A DNA stretch of 64,000 nucleotides, taken from positions 52,452,001 through 52,516,000 of the forward strand of contig OZ076417.1 of NCBI GenBank assembly GCA_964187785.1. The letters run 5' to 3'. Source of the DNA: Amphiscolops sp. MND2022. Its lineage: Eukaryota. A program made the position numbers and the translations under genes. Shown here piece after piece: positions 39,001 through 51,430 of this stretch (positions within the stretch are counted from its first letter, which is position 1; each line of letters starts with the position of its first letter). The notes under the pieces were generated by a model. The model saw only the letters and a list, made by a program, of their open reading frames with translations, was not told where the DNA came from and searched no databases.

Positions 39001-41251
39001 AAAAGGTACTTACCATGTTCATGGCAGCCCAATGCCGAGTAGAAGTGGATGCTTCTGTAACCAACGTTATTTCGATGGGTACTAGAAGGTACGCTTCTGC
39101 AAAGCTTCTGAGTAATGGCGCAGGCATTGACGTCGCTTGAACGCACGGTCCCACCTGTCATTTATGAGGCGGGTCGATGAGGTGATTCTTTTTCATTGAT
39201 CGTGTTCACTGATCTGATGGACTTTGCTGTGAACTCAGTAAAGCCCCATGACCAAACGGCTCCAAAAGAGCGCTGAGACACCCCACAGAAGGTAAAAAAG
39301 AAAACGATGATTGACAACTTGTAGAATCCCCGGTAGATGAGAGTACCCATGAAGTCAAGTTCCATAAGGAGCAGTTAGCTGTTTCACGAGACTGGAACCA
39401 TAATACCAGACAGAGGCTTCCTGTCAGTATTCCCTGTAGCGATATAATCAACGGACTCCCTCCCTAACAAGGTCTCGCCATTCTTGACATTGCTTCTGGT
39501 CTTAGCACGCAACACTGTAGTAGCGAACACCGCAGCGCCAAAACAGACGTACCAGTCCTGGTGTGAAGTGTTAAACAAAACTCTGGCACATGTAGCAGAG
39601 AGATACCAGATATCATTCAGAGTGTACTTTAGATAACATCTCACCATTCTAGCTGCCATCCACTGGCCAGTCCGAGAGTGACTTGAACAAACAACAGACT
39701 AGACGGTTCGTAGAGGAAGTGGCAAACACGATTATGGGAGAGGTGTTAGTCAATCTCATGACCGTTGGCCTTTCAGGCTACTATGAAGGCACAGCCCACC
39801 TGGTGCAACGATTAGTGCAAAAGAAAGTCGTGTCTAATCAAGTTTCTAGTGTTTGCAAGAAACCAAAGAGGATGAATCCAAGCACTGGTACGCAACATTA
39901 ATACAGCGGGCGCCTTGAGACACCGAGCCCAATTGGAAAAAAGCATTCAACGGCTCCTAGCATGGATATACTTGACGTGCGTCATTGTATCAGGAGTAAT
40001 GCACACTTGAGAAATCCCCGCAAATTGCAGCGCAGCGCAAGTAACCTACCAGGTTTCGTGTTCCTCTCTCCAGTGTCTAGCTTGATGCTAGTAGAGACGG
40101 AAGACTTAATTCCGTTCATCGCACCAATCACCTGGCCAATCTTCGGCTCAATGACGGCATTGCGCTACCCAACTCAGCCATTTGGACACGCTACTAGAGT
40201 TCCCTACCTGTCCGTATTCAACTTCAAATCGTCAAAATCCGACTCGTCAAAATCCGCCAAGCTTGAAGAATCTAGTAAAATCATTTGCGAATTTTATACC
40301 GCCAATGGCGCAAACCGTTCTCAAAGCAAATAGCAAGTTGAGCCAGAGGGCGCAGCGCGCTCCATATACCTCTGGAGATACATCCTGTGTAGTGGCTGCA
40401 CATTCCTTTGTACCCAAACTCGGGAACAGCCAGTGATTTTCCGAACTTAGATTCCTGACTTCTCTCAGCTTTGGTACAGCGCTCAGGTAGACGAACAATG
40501 GGAACAACACCAAAAACGCTTGTGTACTCTTTAATAAGTGACAGATCCAGAATGTATAACGAGTGTCATGTCGCCCAATCAATATTGCCGCTATAATTTT
40601 ATCCATAGCTTCTTGGCATAACCAAGTCTTGATGGATCAGACTATTCCTCAGAAATACCGCAAGCTAAAAATGTCCACAACTCAAATTGTCATGCAGACG
40701 ACGTGCAAAGAACTGCTTATGAACAAAAAGATGCTGCAAAATCCACAGACGATGATGGCACAATTCATGTCAGCAATTACCAAACAAACGTCCTGGAGAA
40801 CCCCTACTGGAAAAATTAGGCGACGGCGCTGAACACATAAAATAAACTATTCTCGAATTTGGCTACCAGGGATTCGCAGAATACGTGCACTACCTGACAA
40901 CACAAGACGCAACAAGTCGGCCAAACGTCAAGGGAAGTGACTGCCAGCGGCAGCGTTCCTGCACTAGCTGGAACTGGTTCCCCAAAGGCTCAGATACCAG
41001 AGAAAGTGGAAATGACTGAGGAATCTCCTCTAGAAGAATCTCAGCAAAGTCCCGAAGGCAATGATGTCCCTCCAAAAACGCCTCTGAGTGACGATCCTGA
41101 GCAAGGTCTTGCAGGAATATTGCTAGTGGACGCAGCTGCAATCGAACACGAACTCAATGAGTTATCCAGTTTAAAATTTGCAAGCTGTCCCTTATCTGAA
41201 GCAACAATACCCTGCTGGGACACTGAAGCTCAGTTGACAGAAAACCCCTGA
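36098..41251 (+). pseudogene. Long decayed coding-like region of unknown family downstream of the gypsy relic
   Basis: Successive + strand frames read as protein between scattered stops: 36098-36601, 37311-37601, YDYGMHVAHRSFDGNGE..GCLHEWIEGSAFGWVKLAFP near 38401, ETGTIIPDRGFLSVFP near 39390, and 40937-41251. No recognisable domain. Confidence 0.4.
37824..38123. repeat. 300-bp near-perfect palindrome (arms 151 and 148 bp, 1-nt spacer at 37975)
   Basis: 37824-37974 is the reverse complement of 37976-38123 with 3 substitutions and one 3-nt indel. Confidence 0.97.
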
Positions 41252-41757
41252 GACGACAATCCACAGGGTTAAATTGTGGACCCTCACCAAAAAAACAAGT
41301 CTAACCAAAACTTTGGTACTATGAAAGTGCAATTCAAGTTATGTGTGTTATCACTAAGTTATCAGTTGATTTGTATTAGAAGTACTAGCTACCTGTTAGG
41401 TAGGTCCCAGTTTGGTCTAATCAATGGAAAACCCCACTTCATGGTTGTGCACCACGGTTTTTCCCTAGTTCCTGAGCTACTTTCCTCAAAGTTAGTTTTT
41501 AATAAAAAACGTGACGCGACTGCAAAATTGTAACTTTTAACTAGACTGATCCTGTATATGTTGATGCTTCGAATTCAGCGCAAATTATTTTGCTGGAGAA
41601 CAATGCTGAAGTTGCTAATCCTATTCACAGTGCAGTTAGTGATTGATATGCATTGCGACGCTTTTTCATCATAGCTGTCAGTGTACGCCCTTCGAATTTT
41701 GTGTGCAGCTCACGAAAAACTGCCTGTTAAGCGGGATCTAGTTTGGTTGTTACGAGT

Positions 41758-43204
41758 TGTGATAATCCTCTTCTGAAGCTAAGATTTCGTTTTCTAAGTT
41801 TACTTCGTTTTGATAAAATGATTTGGCTGGATGCTTTAATTGTTTCATGTCTGAGGCTTTGAAAGGATCTCATTTTTGGATCCCAATGATCTTGCGTTTT
41901 GCATTGCATTTGTTTCCCGTTCCTTCTATATTCCAACTTTGCTCAGCGAAAATCAATCTTGGTGCAAGAAATATCTGAATTGTTGATTGAAACTCTCCCA
42001 AATCAAAGTATTCATTTCGAAACAAAAGTTGATGATTTATGTAAGGGAAGCTACTGTTCAGTGTGATCGTTTTATTTCAAGTGAAGGAGATATTTACAGC
42101 ACTTGTTATCCTTAAAATTGTCAAGCATGACATCCCTCTTTTGAGATGTCATATACCCTGGTGAGAAACATAAATAGAGTTACGTCAAATGATGTCTTCC
42201 TATTTATAGTATTCAAATTCAATGCTACATGACATTCGAAATAACATATCTGAATGAAATTAAGGGTCGTTACTGCAAATGTACTATACCGTATAGACGG
42301 CATACTGAAAAACGTATAGTGACGCATATTCGTCACTTGTAAATATTCGTCACTAAATTTTCACTAAATATTCGTCACTATGTTTAGTGGTGTAAGTTAT
42401 ATGTCAACGTATAGTAGCAACACTGAAAGACGCATAATACCGCACATACACAATCCTACAATGCGTACAACGCCGCATAATGAAAAACGTATAATGCCGC
42501 ATATACACAATACTGGAAAACGTATGATACCGCATAATCAAAAACGTATAATGTCGTATTCATCATAGGATAAATTCCGCATGACAACGTATGGTCAGCG
42601 GCTGGTTCAGCATAGTGACGTATAGTCGCCAAACCTCGTTCCGCATAGTGACGTATACCCAATCTCGCTGATTCCGCATAGTGACGTATAGTCACCACAC
42701 CTCGTTCCGCATAGTGACGTATAGCCAATCTTGCTGATTCCGCATAGTGACGTATAGTCGTCACACCTCGTTACGCATAGTGACGTATAGCCAATCCTGC
42801 TGATTCCGCATAGTGACGTTTAGTCGGTGGCTGGAAACTGCACAATAACGTTTTGTCGGCGGCTGAAAACCGCATAGTAACGTATAGTTTACTCAAGGTC
42901 GACATATTAGCATGGAATGAGCTCTCACAAACTGCGTGAACAAATATTATGAGTCATAATAATAACTAATGATGAATGAAAACTACGCTTCCGATATTTG
43001 AAATGTATAATAATGTAAAACAGAACCCATTTTGAAATAAGAACAACCAATGTGAAATTACATGACTAATGTAACAAGCTGGGGAATTAGTTTATGGTCG
43101 TTGCTGACCATCCAAAATTCATAATCTTCTGGAAATCGGGTTTGGCAGTTCTAGTTTTCTTAGGAATTGCCCAATGGCAACAGCACAACAGTGGGGTTGT
43201 GACA
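41758..43204 (-). repeat. 3' LTR
   Basis: Direct repeat of 44611-46098 (high identity by eye, with one extra deletion of about 60 bp near 41870). Confidence 0.9.
42600..42830 (+). repeat. 33-bp alternating A/B tandem array inside the LTR
   Basis: Constant CCGCATAGTGACGTATAG followed alternately by TCGCCACACCTCGTT or CCAATCTTGCTGATT. Confidence 0.9.
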
Positions 43205-44610
43205 GTCCCGCACTTTTGAAAGAAAACAGATGCCTCAAACCCGTCGACAAAGGGTTCTTTTATTTACACTCCCCGTTATAGGCAGTCGAGATGCAATATT
43301 TGCCCCGGTGCTTCCGTTCTTCTACGGGGGTCCCGCTCTTGAAAAATCCGTGGTCAGTTCGGTTGTTTTTGATTCTGTACAGCAGTATAGAAGCGAAGTA
43401 GTTTAATATTATGATAGAGACTCTTCAATCCTGTGGAAATCCGTCAAAGCTTTCATTTGTAGAAACGTATTGTCATGGGGTTCAAATCAGGGGTCAAGGT
43501 AGTCACCTGATGAGTTCATTTGGTTTTCATTTACGTCATTTCCAAATTTGACAAATTTGTGTCACAAGATTTCCATTGCCCTATTTTGTTTTAAAGTCTT
43601 TCGTTTTTTGACCAGTCATATATTTTAATGATATGCTGTCGAGGATAGCATCGGAGATGTCCTAAAATGTTTCGGACAACATCCACGATTCTTTTGAAGT
43701 ATTTTCATACTTCCGATTTTGGTTTGAAGCATTTTTCAACGCTTCGGAATTCTTGTGGGAGCACATCCAAATACTTGCGATATAAAGTCAACTCGTGCTT
43801 CCGGATTTCATTTGAAGCATTTTTCAACGCCTCTGGATTTTTGTGGAAGCACGTTCTAATTTTTGTGGTATGAAGTAGGTTCATGCTTCCGAATTTCATT
43901 TGTCATTTCTGTTTTTGCTCAAGAAATGAACGAACGTTTGTTTTGGTTGAACTCGGTGTTACAAACAATCGCCGGGACGATCGCCCATTAGGAAAAATAT
44001 TCCTTTTTTACCGTGCCTGCCACTCCAGCTTTTCCGGAAATTCCACTTTTTTGAGTCCCACAGTACTGCTTTATCTAGTCCGTCAGTATAAACTCCGCAC
44101 GGATAGTCAGGGAAAAAGAGTTTGCGTCCGAGTTGGTTTTTAGCAGCTGTATGAATTTGAGAAAGTTGGGTCGGGATTAGGGCGTAAATCGTATATTTCA
44201 ATTGTTTCTTATGGGTTCTTTTTGCGATGGCGTAAATTTAAGTTTTCTGTTTTTTGCGCTTGTTTTTCTGTTTTGTTCTTTTTTGGGTTTTTTCGAGTTT
44301 CTGAAGTAACTAAATCATTATCATGTGTTTGTTGGGTATTTTCATCGACGCATTTTGTGTTGGGTTCAGTGGGTTGATCCACTGGGCTCCCCCCACTGTT
44401 TTTTGAATTGATGAGGTTGGGAGGGTGTTTGTTTTTGAGTGGAAGAAACAGTTGAGAGTTATTGAAAGCGGGTTTTATATCGCTATTGCAACTTGATTAA
44501 CTGGATCGAGTTGTGTTTCTGTTGAAAATTATGTATTTTGGCCGGTATGGGATCATGTCGTTCATTCAGTGAGCTTTGTCTATGGAGTTGTCGGTAGGCG
44601 CCTGTCACCA

Positions 44611-46098
44611 TGTGATAATACTATTCTGAAGCTAGTATTTCGTCTTCTAAGTTCAGTTCGTTTTGATACAATGATTTGGCTGGATGCTTTAATTGTTTCA
44701 TATCTGAGGCCTTGAGGGGATTTGCTTCTTCTTCTGATTCTGGATTTTTGTTATTAGATGCGCGAACTCCTATAGACTGTTCATTTTTGGATCCCAAAGA
44801 TTTTGCGTTTTGCATTGCATTTGTTTCCCGTTCCTTCTATATTCCAACTTTGCTCAAGCGAAAATCAATCTTGGTGCAAGAAATATTTGAATTGTTGATT
44901 GAAACTCTCCCAAATCAAAGTATTCATTTCGAAACAAAAGTTGATGATTTATGTAAGGGAAGCTACTGTTCAGTGTGATCGTTTTATTTCAAGTGAAGGA
45001 GATATTTACAGCACTTGTTATCCTTAAAATTGTCAAGCATGACATCCCTCTTTTGAGATGTCATATACCCTGGTGAGAAACATAAATAGAGTTACGTCAA
45101 ATGATGTCTTCCTATTTATAGTATTCAAATTCACTGCTACATGACATTCGAAATAACATATTTGAATGAAATTAAGGGTCGTTACTGCAAATGTACTATA
45201 CCGTATAGACGGCATACTGAAAAACGTATAGTGACGCATATTCGTCACTTGTAAGTATTCGTCACTAAATATTCACTAAATATTCGTCACTATGTTTAGT
45301 GGTGTAAGTTATATGTCAACGTATAGTAGCAACACTGAAATACGCATAATACCGCACATACACAATCCTACAATGCGTACAACGCCGCATAATGAAAAAC
45401 GTATAATGCCGCATATACACAATACTGGAAAACGTATGATACCGCATAATCAAAAACGTATAATGTCGTATTCATCATAGGATAAATTCCTCATGATAAC
45501 GTATGGTCAGCGGCTGATTCCGCCACACCTCGTTCCGCATAGTGACGTATAGCCAATCTTGCTGATTCTGCATAGTGACGTATAGTCGCCCCATCTCGTT
45601 CCGCATAGTGACGTAGAGCCAATCTTGCTGATTCGGCATGGTGACGTATAGTCGCCACACCTCGTTCCGCATAGTGACGTATAGCCAATCCTGTTGATTC
45701 CGCATAGTGACGTATAGTCGGTGGCTGAAAACTGCAAAATGACGTAATGTCAGCGGCTGAAAACCGCATAGTAACGTATAGATTACTCAAGGTCCACATA
45801 TTAGCATAGAATGAGCTCTCACAAACTGCGTGAACAAGTACTATGAGTCATAATAATAAGTGATGATGAATGAAAATTACGCTTCTGATATTTGAAATGT
45901 AAAAGAATGTAAAACAGAACCCAATTTGAAACAAGAATAACTAATGTGAAATTACATGACTAAAGTAAGAAGCTGGTGAATTAGTGTATAGTCGTTGCTG
46001 ACCATCTAAAATTCATAATCTTGTGGAAAGCGGATTTGGCAGTTCTAGGTTTCTTAGGAATTGCCCAATGGCACCAGCACAACATTGGGGTTGTGAAA
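44611..46098 (-). repeat. 5' LTR (terminal TG mutated to TT)
   Basis: Followed on the minus strand by PBS TGGTGACAGG; flanked by TSD CGAGT. Confidence 0.9.
45520..45725 (+). repeat. 33-bp alternating A/B tandem array inside the LTR (second copy)
   Basis: Same units as 42600-42830. Confidence 0.9.
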
Positions 46099-46399
46099 CG
46101 AGTATGGATGCAAATACCTTTCAAAAGATGCTTGATTTCTGAATTCTTCGATACAATGTTTCTAAAACTAGTTTAGTATGTTTTCTCCCGTTTGCCGAGG
46201 ACGGCAAACAACGGCCCAGGAAGGATGTAACGTCCACAAGTTTCCTGGACGTGTAAGAATTTCTTGAAAAGTTAGGAAAAAACATCCTTAACCTAGCAGG
46301 TACCCAAAAAGTTAGTTGAGAAGAAAAAAGAGATCAACAACACGCCCGATCGAAAATAAGACACGATCAACCGCCGACAAGAAGAAAGTGATGTTTTCT

Positions 46400-46720
46400 G
46401 AGAAAAAAGACAGAAGAGACTTAAACCCATACCATACATGAACTGTTCCGCAGATCAAGGTCCTGATGCGGACTTGATTCAAGATAAAAAAATTTGAACT
46501 CGGAAGTATGTAGGAAAATGCAGGAACTTTCGGCATACTTGTGGGACATGTTTGGACTTTGAGCTCTAAGGGAGGAGTCTCCTTAACGTATGAAAGTTCC
46601 CTCAGGAGACCGTTTTCGGAGAAAAATCCAGGCTTGTAGTAAGACCATGGTCTCCTGTCGAAGCAACCTAGGCACTTCCCCAGCTCTAGTATGTTGGCCT
46701 TCTAGTTCGACGCTACAAAA
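46400..46720 (+). repeat. Unclassified dispersed repeat, copy 2 (paralog of 25440-25900)
   Basis: KRLKPIPYMNCSADQGPDADLIQD here vs KRLKPIPYMDCLTDQGPDEDVIQD at 25.4 kb. Confidence 0.7.
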
Positions 46721-47848
46721 GAACCTCAGGGTCAAAGTCACTCACATTTTGATCAGCAGTACAAAGGTTTTTTGAGATTATCAAAAGTTATATCACATTG
46801 TTATGAGGAACTTTGGAGATTTTTGAACCTTTTTGAGCAATATCTCAGAAACCACTGGAGCAGAAAAACCTCATTAAATCATTTTTGCAAATTTTACACC
46901 TTTTTTTACTTTTTATAACTTTATAACAATTATTTTGAAAATGCTTTCTAAAAACTGAACAGCGAAAAAAATCTGTAAAAGCAATGGTTTTACGGAGTGA
47001 AAATTGAAAATTGTGCATTTTGTGATTATTTTGTGGTGTCAATTCTTCAATTCTTCAAAAAGGGCGTTTTCAGAAAAGTGGTAAAATCTAAGGTTAGAGA
47101 TCTGAACGAAAGGTACAAAGTTTTTCTCAAACACTTTTGGTAAGAACAGGTTAGGGAGATTTCTGTTAGCTATTAGCTTTTGTAGTTTTTGTGAAAATGG
47201 CGTTCAAATCGAAAGAACTGAATTTCAGACAGCGTTTTATGATAAGAAAAAAGGGTTTTAAGCAAAAAGGGTCCACCCTTAGGCTTTTTTGACAGTTTTC
47301 AATGTTTTTCAAGAATAGCATATGACTTCTCAGAATGGTTCTTGCTTTGGTTTTGTGGTTTCATATGGTGAAAGAAGAAGAAAAAGTTGATATTTTTTGA
47401 GGGTTCTCGTGATAATGAAAGCAAAAAAAATCTAATTAAGCCCAAAAGGTCTCAGTTTTTTTGATATAGTGGAAGAAGAATTTTTTCAAAAAAATCACTG
47501 ATGCTTTGAAGTTTTTTTTTGATTTTTGGGGGCTTTTATTGGGGCGCTTTTAGGTTGCCAACAAGTACTTTCGCATCACGCCAAGAGGTAATCAATGAAT
47601 TTCTAGGGACTTGGGTTTTGAAGGGAACTCTAAAAAATGGTTGAACGCAACATAAATTTCATTACAATCACGATCACATACCTCTAATACCCTGAATGCA
47701 GCAGAAAATGGAAGTGCTAGTAGTGTTTGGCGAAACAGTTTTTGAACAAAAACACAGCTTTTTGAGCCAAAAAACAACCAATGTTTTAAAAATATATATT
47801 TTCCATTCATTGCTATCACAATCGAAGGACACGTACATGAAATTTTAG

Positions 47849-48319
47849 GTTGCAGAATCTGAAGTCAGAAAATCTCCCCAAGATTACTATTATCACTACA
47901 CTACGACTTATGCAACGAGTGAAATCCAGAAAGATCAATATCTTAAGCAGTCGACGCCGCACTACAAAGCAAACATAGGCGAAGGCATTTATGTTACAAC
48001 ACTGGACCCATTCACCAACACTAGATTGCATCTTCGGAATGTCTTGTTCCTGGGAGGCAGCAGCCCTATCACCAAGAGTAAACTAGACTGCTACTTTGCC
48101 CTGAAGAAAAATGACGTAATGACTGCATGTTGCCTTGTGCAGCAGTACCCTAGAAGACCGAAATGTTTTCGACTGGTACCCCAAAACGGCAAATTGTATC
48201 TCAGTAAAACTTCACACTACAGCGGGCCCACAAACCTCACAGGAGACGAGTCTGATTCAGATTCGGATCGTTACTCTGATGGCGCCTACTACATTTCTGA
48301 CTCCGATTATTCTTTTTGA
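47849..48319 (+). CDS. Terminal exon encoding a putative HYD1-type ADP-ribosyltransferase (Tox-ART-HYD1-like) domain, 156 aa
   Basis: Stop-free frame after a TTTTAG acceptor: VAESEVRKSPQDYYYHYTTTYATSEIQKDQYLKQSTPHYKANIGEGIYVTTLDPF...SKLDCYFAL..., ending in an acidic D/S/Y tail. Carries HYT, GxGxYxTxLxP and KxDxYF motifs. The ORF track reports only the 3' part (48026-48319). Confidence 0.65.
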   Translation, partial: VAESEVRKSPQDYYYHYTTTYATSEIQKDQYLKQSTPHYKANIGEGIYVTTLDPFTNTRLHLRNVLFLGGSSPITKSKLDCYFALKKNDVMTACCLVQQYPRRPKCFRLVPQNGKLYLSKTSHYSGPTNLTGDESDSDSDRYSDGAYYISDSDYSF

Positions 48320-49279
48320 AGAAACTTGAAGTCATTTTAATTAATGACTTTGATAGTTCAACCCTTACTGACACAAATTTGAGCTCAAGATCTCTGAAGA
48401 CTTTTCAAAATTAGTAACTACTTGACTTTATCAGGGCCTCTCAAAAATGTTTTTGTTGAAGAAGTATGTCGATTACTTTTTTTCCTCAAACGAATATTCA
48501 ATATATTGTCGTCTACCCTAAAAGAATCACCAAGATATCCTTATTCTGACAGTTTTGACCGCATGTTGATTTTCAGGTCCAACTTGAAAAGAAACATCTG
48601 GTTAATATTGAGAATCTCTACCATTTAGATCTTGTCTTGCAACATTCAATGTTGCTTCGCACTTAAAGAAAGTTCAATATTTTGACGACCAATATGTTTA
48701 GGACTCGATCGAGCTAGAATTGTAGAATCGTAAAAATGGTAAACATTGTCCTGGAATCGAATAAATTTGACTTTTTATTCTACTAAATAATGAAATGCGT
48801 TGAAGTGTCAGTACGGGAATGCTCTATCATCAATGAAAAGCCCCGCATTGGCCAACCCTGGTAAAAACAATATTCCTCACGGATTGCAGATAAATGCTGA
48901 AAATTGAATGCTATTGGATGAGCCTGTTCTTTATATTCCAAAAACTTGGAGAAACGTCCACTTAAGCTTGAATTTTCAAGAAAAGAAACCGTTAATTTAA
49001 TTCTTAAGTATTTTTCAAACTAATGTTCAAGTTCAAGATCATCGAGTACTCATTCGCAATTTTTTTAGAAGAATTCTGTCAGGGATCTCTGTGAATCTGA
49101 CGCGCATAGTTCTTCAAAATGATTTCACCAGCGCAAATTTTTCAGATAATTCTATGCTGCAATGGGATGTTTAAATATTGTCCAGAAAAGACATATCACA
49201 AAGTTTGTCTTCTAGGCTGTCCCGCCTTTTCTTCCAATCAACGTCGTCAAGTTTGAACGTAAGGACTTTTTCAGTTGTG

Positions 49280-50025
49280 GACGAGCTCGGCAGAACAAAT
49301 TTGGCTTATACAGGGACGCGCCCACAACCAGGGTACCCATTTAGTAAGTCCGCGTCAGTGTCAGTAAAAAAAGTTGACTTCCAATTCGTAAGTTGGTCGG
49401 TAGTCATACATAGGTCAATAACTGAGCTACATTGACATCGTAAAAAGTTTTTTCACCATTGTTTAGTATGATCACCAGCTTGTTCTCGATATAATGCTCC
49501 AAAGTACAACCATTCTTGTTTGTTAGTGAATCTCCCCATAAAGTGCTTCTGGCATTCAGATCTCCAACAAAGAGAACTCCCTTCATGTTATTTTCTCTTG
49601 CAAAATCGATTGCACGTCCAAAAGTAATGATAAACTCCTCCATTTCGTTCACTTTCCTCGCTGGGGGTATGTAGGCGGTAGCAACAAGGTTGAATTGTTT
49701 GCAGTAATGTACAGCACAACAAATAGAGACGAACTTTTCATTTTCTAATTCTTGTATTTCACAGCAACTGGTGTCTTTCGACACTGACAGTGACACACCC
49801 GATGAATTTGTCCTCTACATCTCGAGAAAGTGCGGTAGTCCGTGAAAAAGTCTTCGGGTACTTGTTTCTTGGGATCGTTCAACGCAACAAAGTCAGGTTT
49901 CTGATCTTCGAGATATTTGTTCAGAATGGTTGTTTGGCATTTGAAAGTCCGGTTGGAGTTAGCTGCAGTACAATAATAGAGTTCCTGTTAGCCATTACTG
50001 ATATAGAACTCAAGTCTTTCATGTA
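49280..50025 (-). pseudogene. LINE ORF2 apurinic-like endonuclease domain (frameshifted, truncated)
   Basis: ATAYIPP, VLFVGDLNARSTLWGD, LNNGEKTF and SVIDL motifs. Confidence 0.9.
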
Positions 50026-50029
50026 AGTG

Positions 50030-51334
50030 CTTCGGAAGGGGAACGTTTCTTTGGTGATAGTCTTTCCTTGCATGGTTTAGGTAAGCTTCACAGTTGGGAT
50101 CGTTTGAAGCCTGTTTTGATTGGCAATTTGCACAAGTGGGTTCTTCTGAGTTACAGTCTCTAGTGCTGTGATTTCCTGCACATTTGCCACATTTCGGAGC
50201 GCTCTTGCACGTTTTGGCTATATGCCCAAAATTCTGGCAATTATAGCATCCGACAATTGGTATTTTTTCGTCTTCATTGAACTCATTTGCTCGAAACTAT
50301 TGATCGTTTAAAAAGATTCCACTTGTTACTGCTCTTTCCATGTCGTTGCGGTTGCGGAAATCAATTTTGACAGTATTTAACGTACTTTTGTCTTTTTTCA
50401 CAAATATACGAGCAGTAGCATCGTGGAAGATCTCTTGTAGTAGTTCAGTCATTTTGGAGTCCGTAAAAACATTTTCCTTTGCGTCGTCTTTAATGATAAC
50501 GGAGTGTTTCTTTTGCAGCTTTCGTGGTCTCCTACAAGTAGTTTCTGTGCCCAGGAAAGTTGATTTCCATGCTTCCTCATTTTCTTTGGATTTTTGGTGT
50601 GTCGCGAATTCCAAATTGATATGGCTCCTCGTTGTTCTGAATGCATACATCAATTTCTTTTTCGGGAATGCCTTGGAGAAAAATATAGAAAAATAGAAAA
50701 ATAGAGAAATCTCGCTCTATTGTTTCATTTTGGGTTATCGCATTCCTGTTGTTCCTGTTGATGCAACTGAGGCATAGGTTGATGTCGTTTTTTCCACTGC
50801 ACGTTTGACAAAGCTGATTTTTGGTACCACTCCGTGGGCGACTTTGTTGAGAGACGGAAGAAGCGCGGATAGATCTTTTGATAGCTTGAGAATTCTGTCA
50901 GTCGCTAAAGTAGTGGCATGTGTGGCGTTGTCTACTTTAAGTTCTGTAACAATGAGACTATCTTGATGTTGTTGACTCGATTCCAATAAAGCTTCTAACT
51001 TTTTGTCTAAAGATTCAAATGCTTTCGGCCTCGAGAACGTTTTCGCTGCAGGCAAACATTCCTTACAAAACCAAAGTATAGACTGGATTCTGTCAATTCC
51101 ATTAATGTTTTCTCCCGTTAGGTCAGAGCAATTGTGGTGGAACCAACCTTCGCAAGCGGCGCATTCGATGGCGCTAGTTCCTGTGGTAACTATGTTGTTA
51201 CATAGGCCCCAGGCGTCATTGTGTTGTTCAGTCAATGAAACGGTTCTATCTTTTTTGTTTTTGGAAGGCTTCTTGGCCAAGACGTGCGACTGCTGCTCCA
51301 AGATAATGAAACCTCGAAAGCTGCCGACGCACAC
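50030..51334 (-). pseudogene. LINE ORF1: PHD finger, coiled coil, RRM and CCHC knuckles; disrupted by a frameshift (tandem duplication near 50680-50710) and a stop at 50297
   Basis: PHD (W)GLC..IECAACEGWFHHNC..WFCKEC; RRM-like VKIDFRNRNDMERAV; knuckles CYNCQNFGHIAKTC and CGKCAGNHSTRDC, plus a degenerate CANC. Confidence 0.85.
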
Positions 51335-51430
51335 TAAAGCAAGAGCTTGAGCTGACTTACCAAGTTAGCAAGCTTTCTTTTTCTTTTTGGATTCTCTTTT
51401 TCGTGTCTTAGAGCGTTTCTGCAACACCAA

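Larger units (their letters stand above)
41758..46098 (-). mobile_element. Non-autonomous (internally deleted) LTR retrotransposon, 4.34 kb, with LTRs of about 1.45 kb
   Basis: 5-bp TSD CGAGT (41753-41757, 46099-46103). Direct repeats 41758-43204 and 44611-46098, minus-strand termini TGTCACAAC...ATTATCACA. PBS TGGTGACAGG at 44601-44610. The 1.4-kb interior holds only the pol tail (YDLRPNPDPTF) and an accessory-ORF remnant. Confidence 0.92.

Noticed and set aside
42456-42764. IRHYAE-repeat ORFs (also 45475-45799 and 61724-61915) as real proteins
   Set aside because: Open frames are an automatic result of a 33-bp repeat without stops; the paralogous LTR copies do not share start or stop positions.
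42600-42830. CRISPR array (constant repeat plus spacers)
   Set aside because: Only two alternating 15-bp 'spacers', located inside eukaryotic LTRs, and no cas genes.
42040-43204. LTR defined as TGTAAGGG...TGTGACA (42040-43204)
   Set aside because: The direct repeat, PBS position and CGAGT TSD place the true boundary at 41758.
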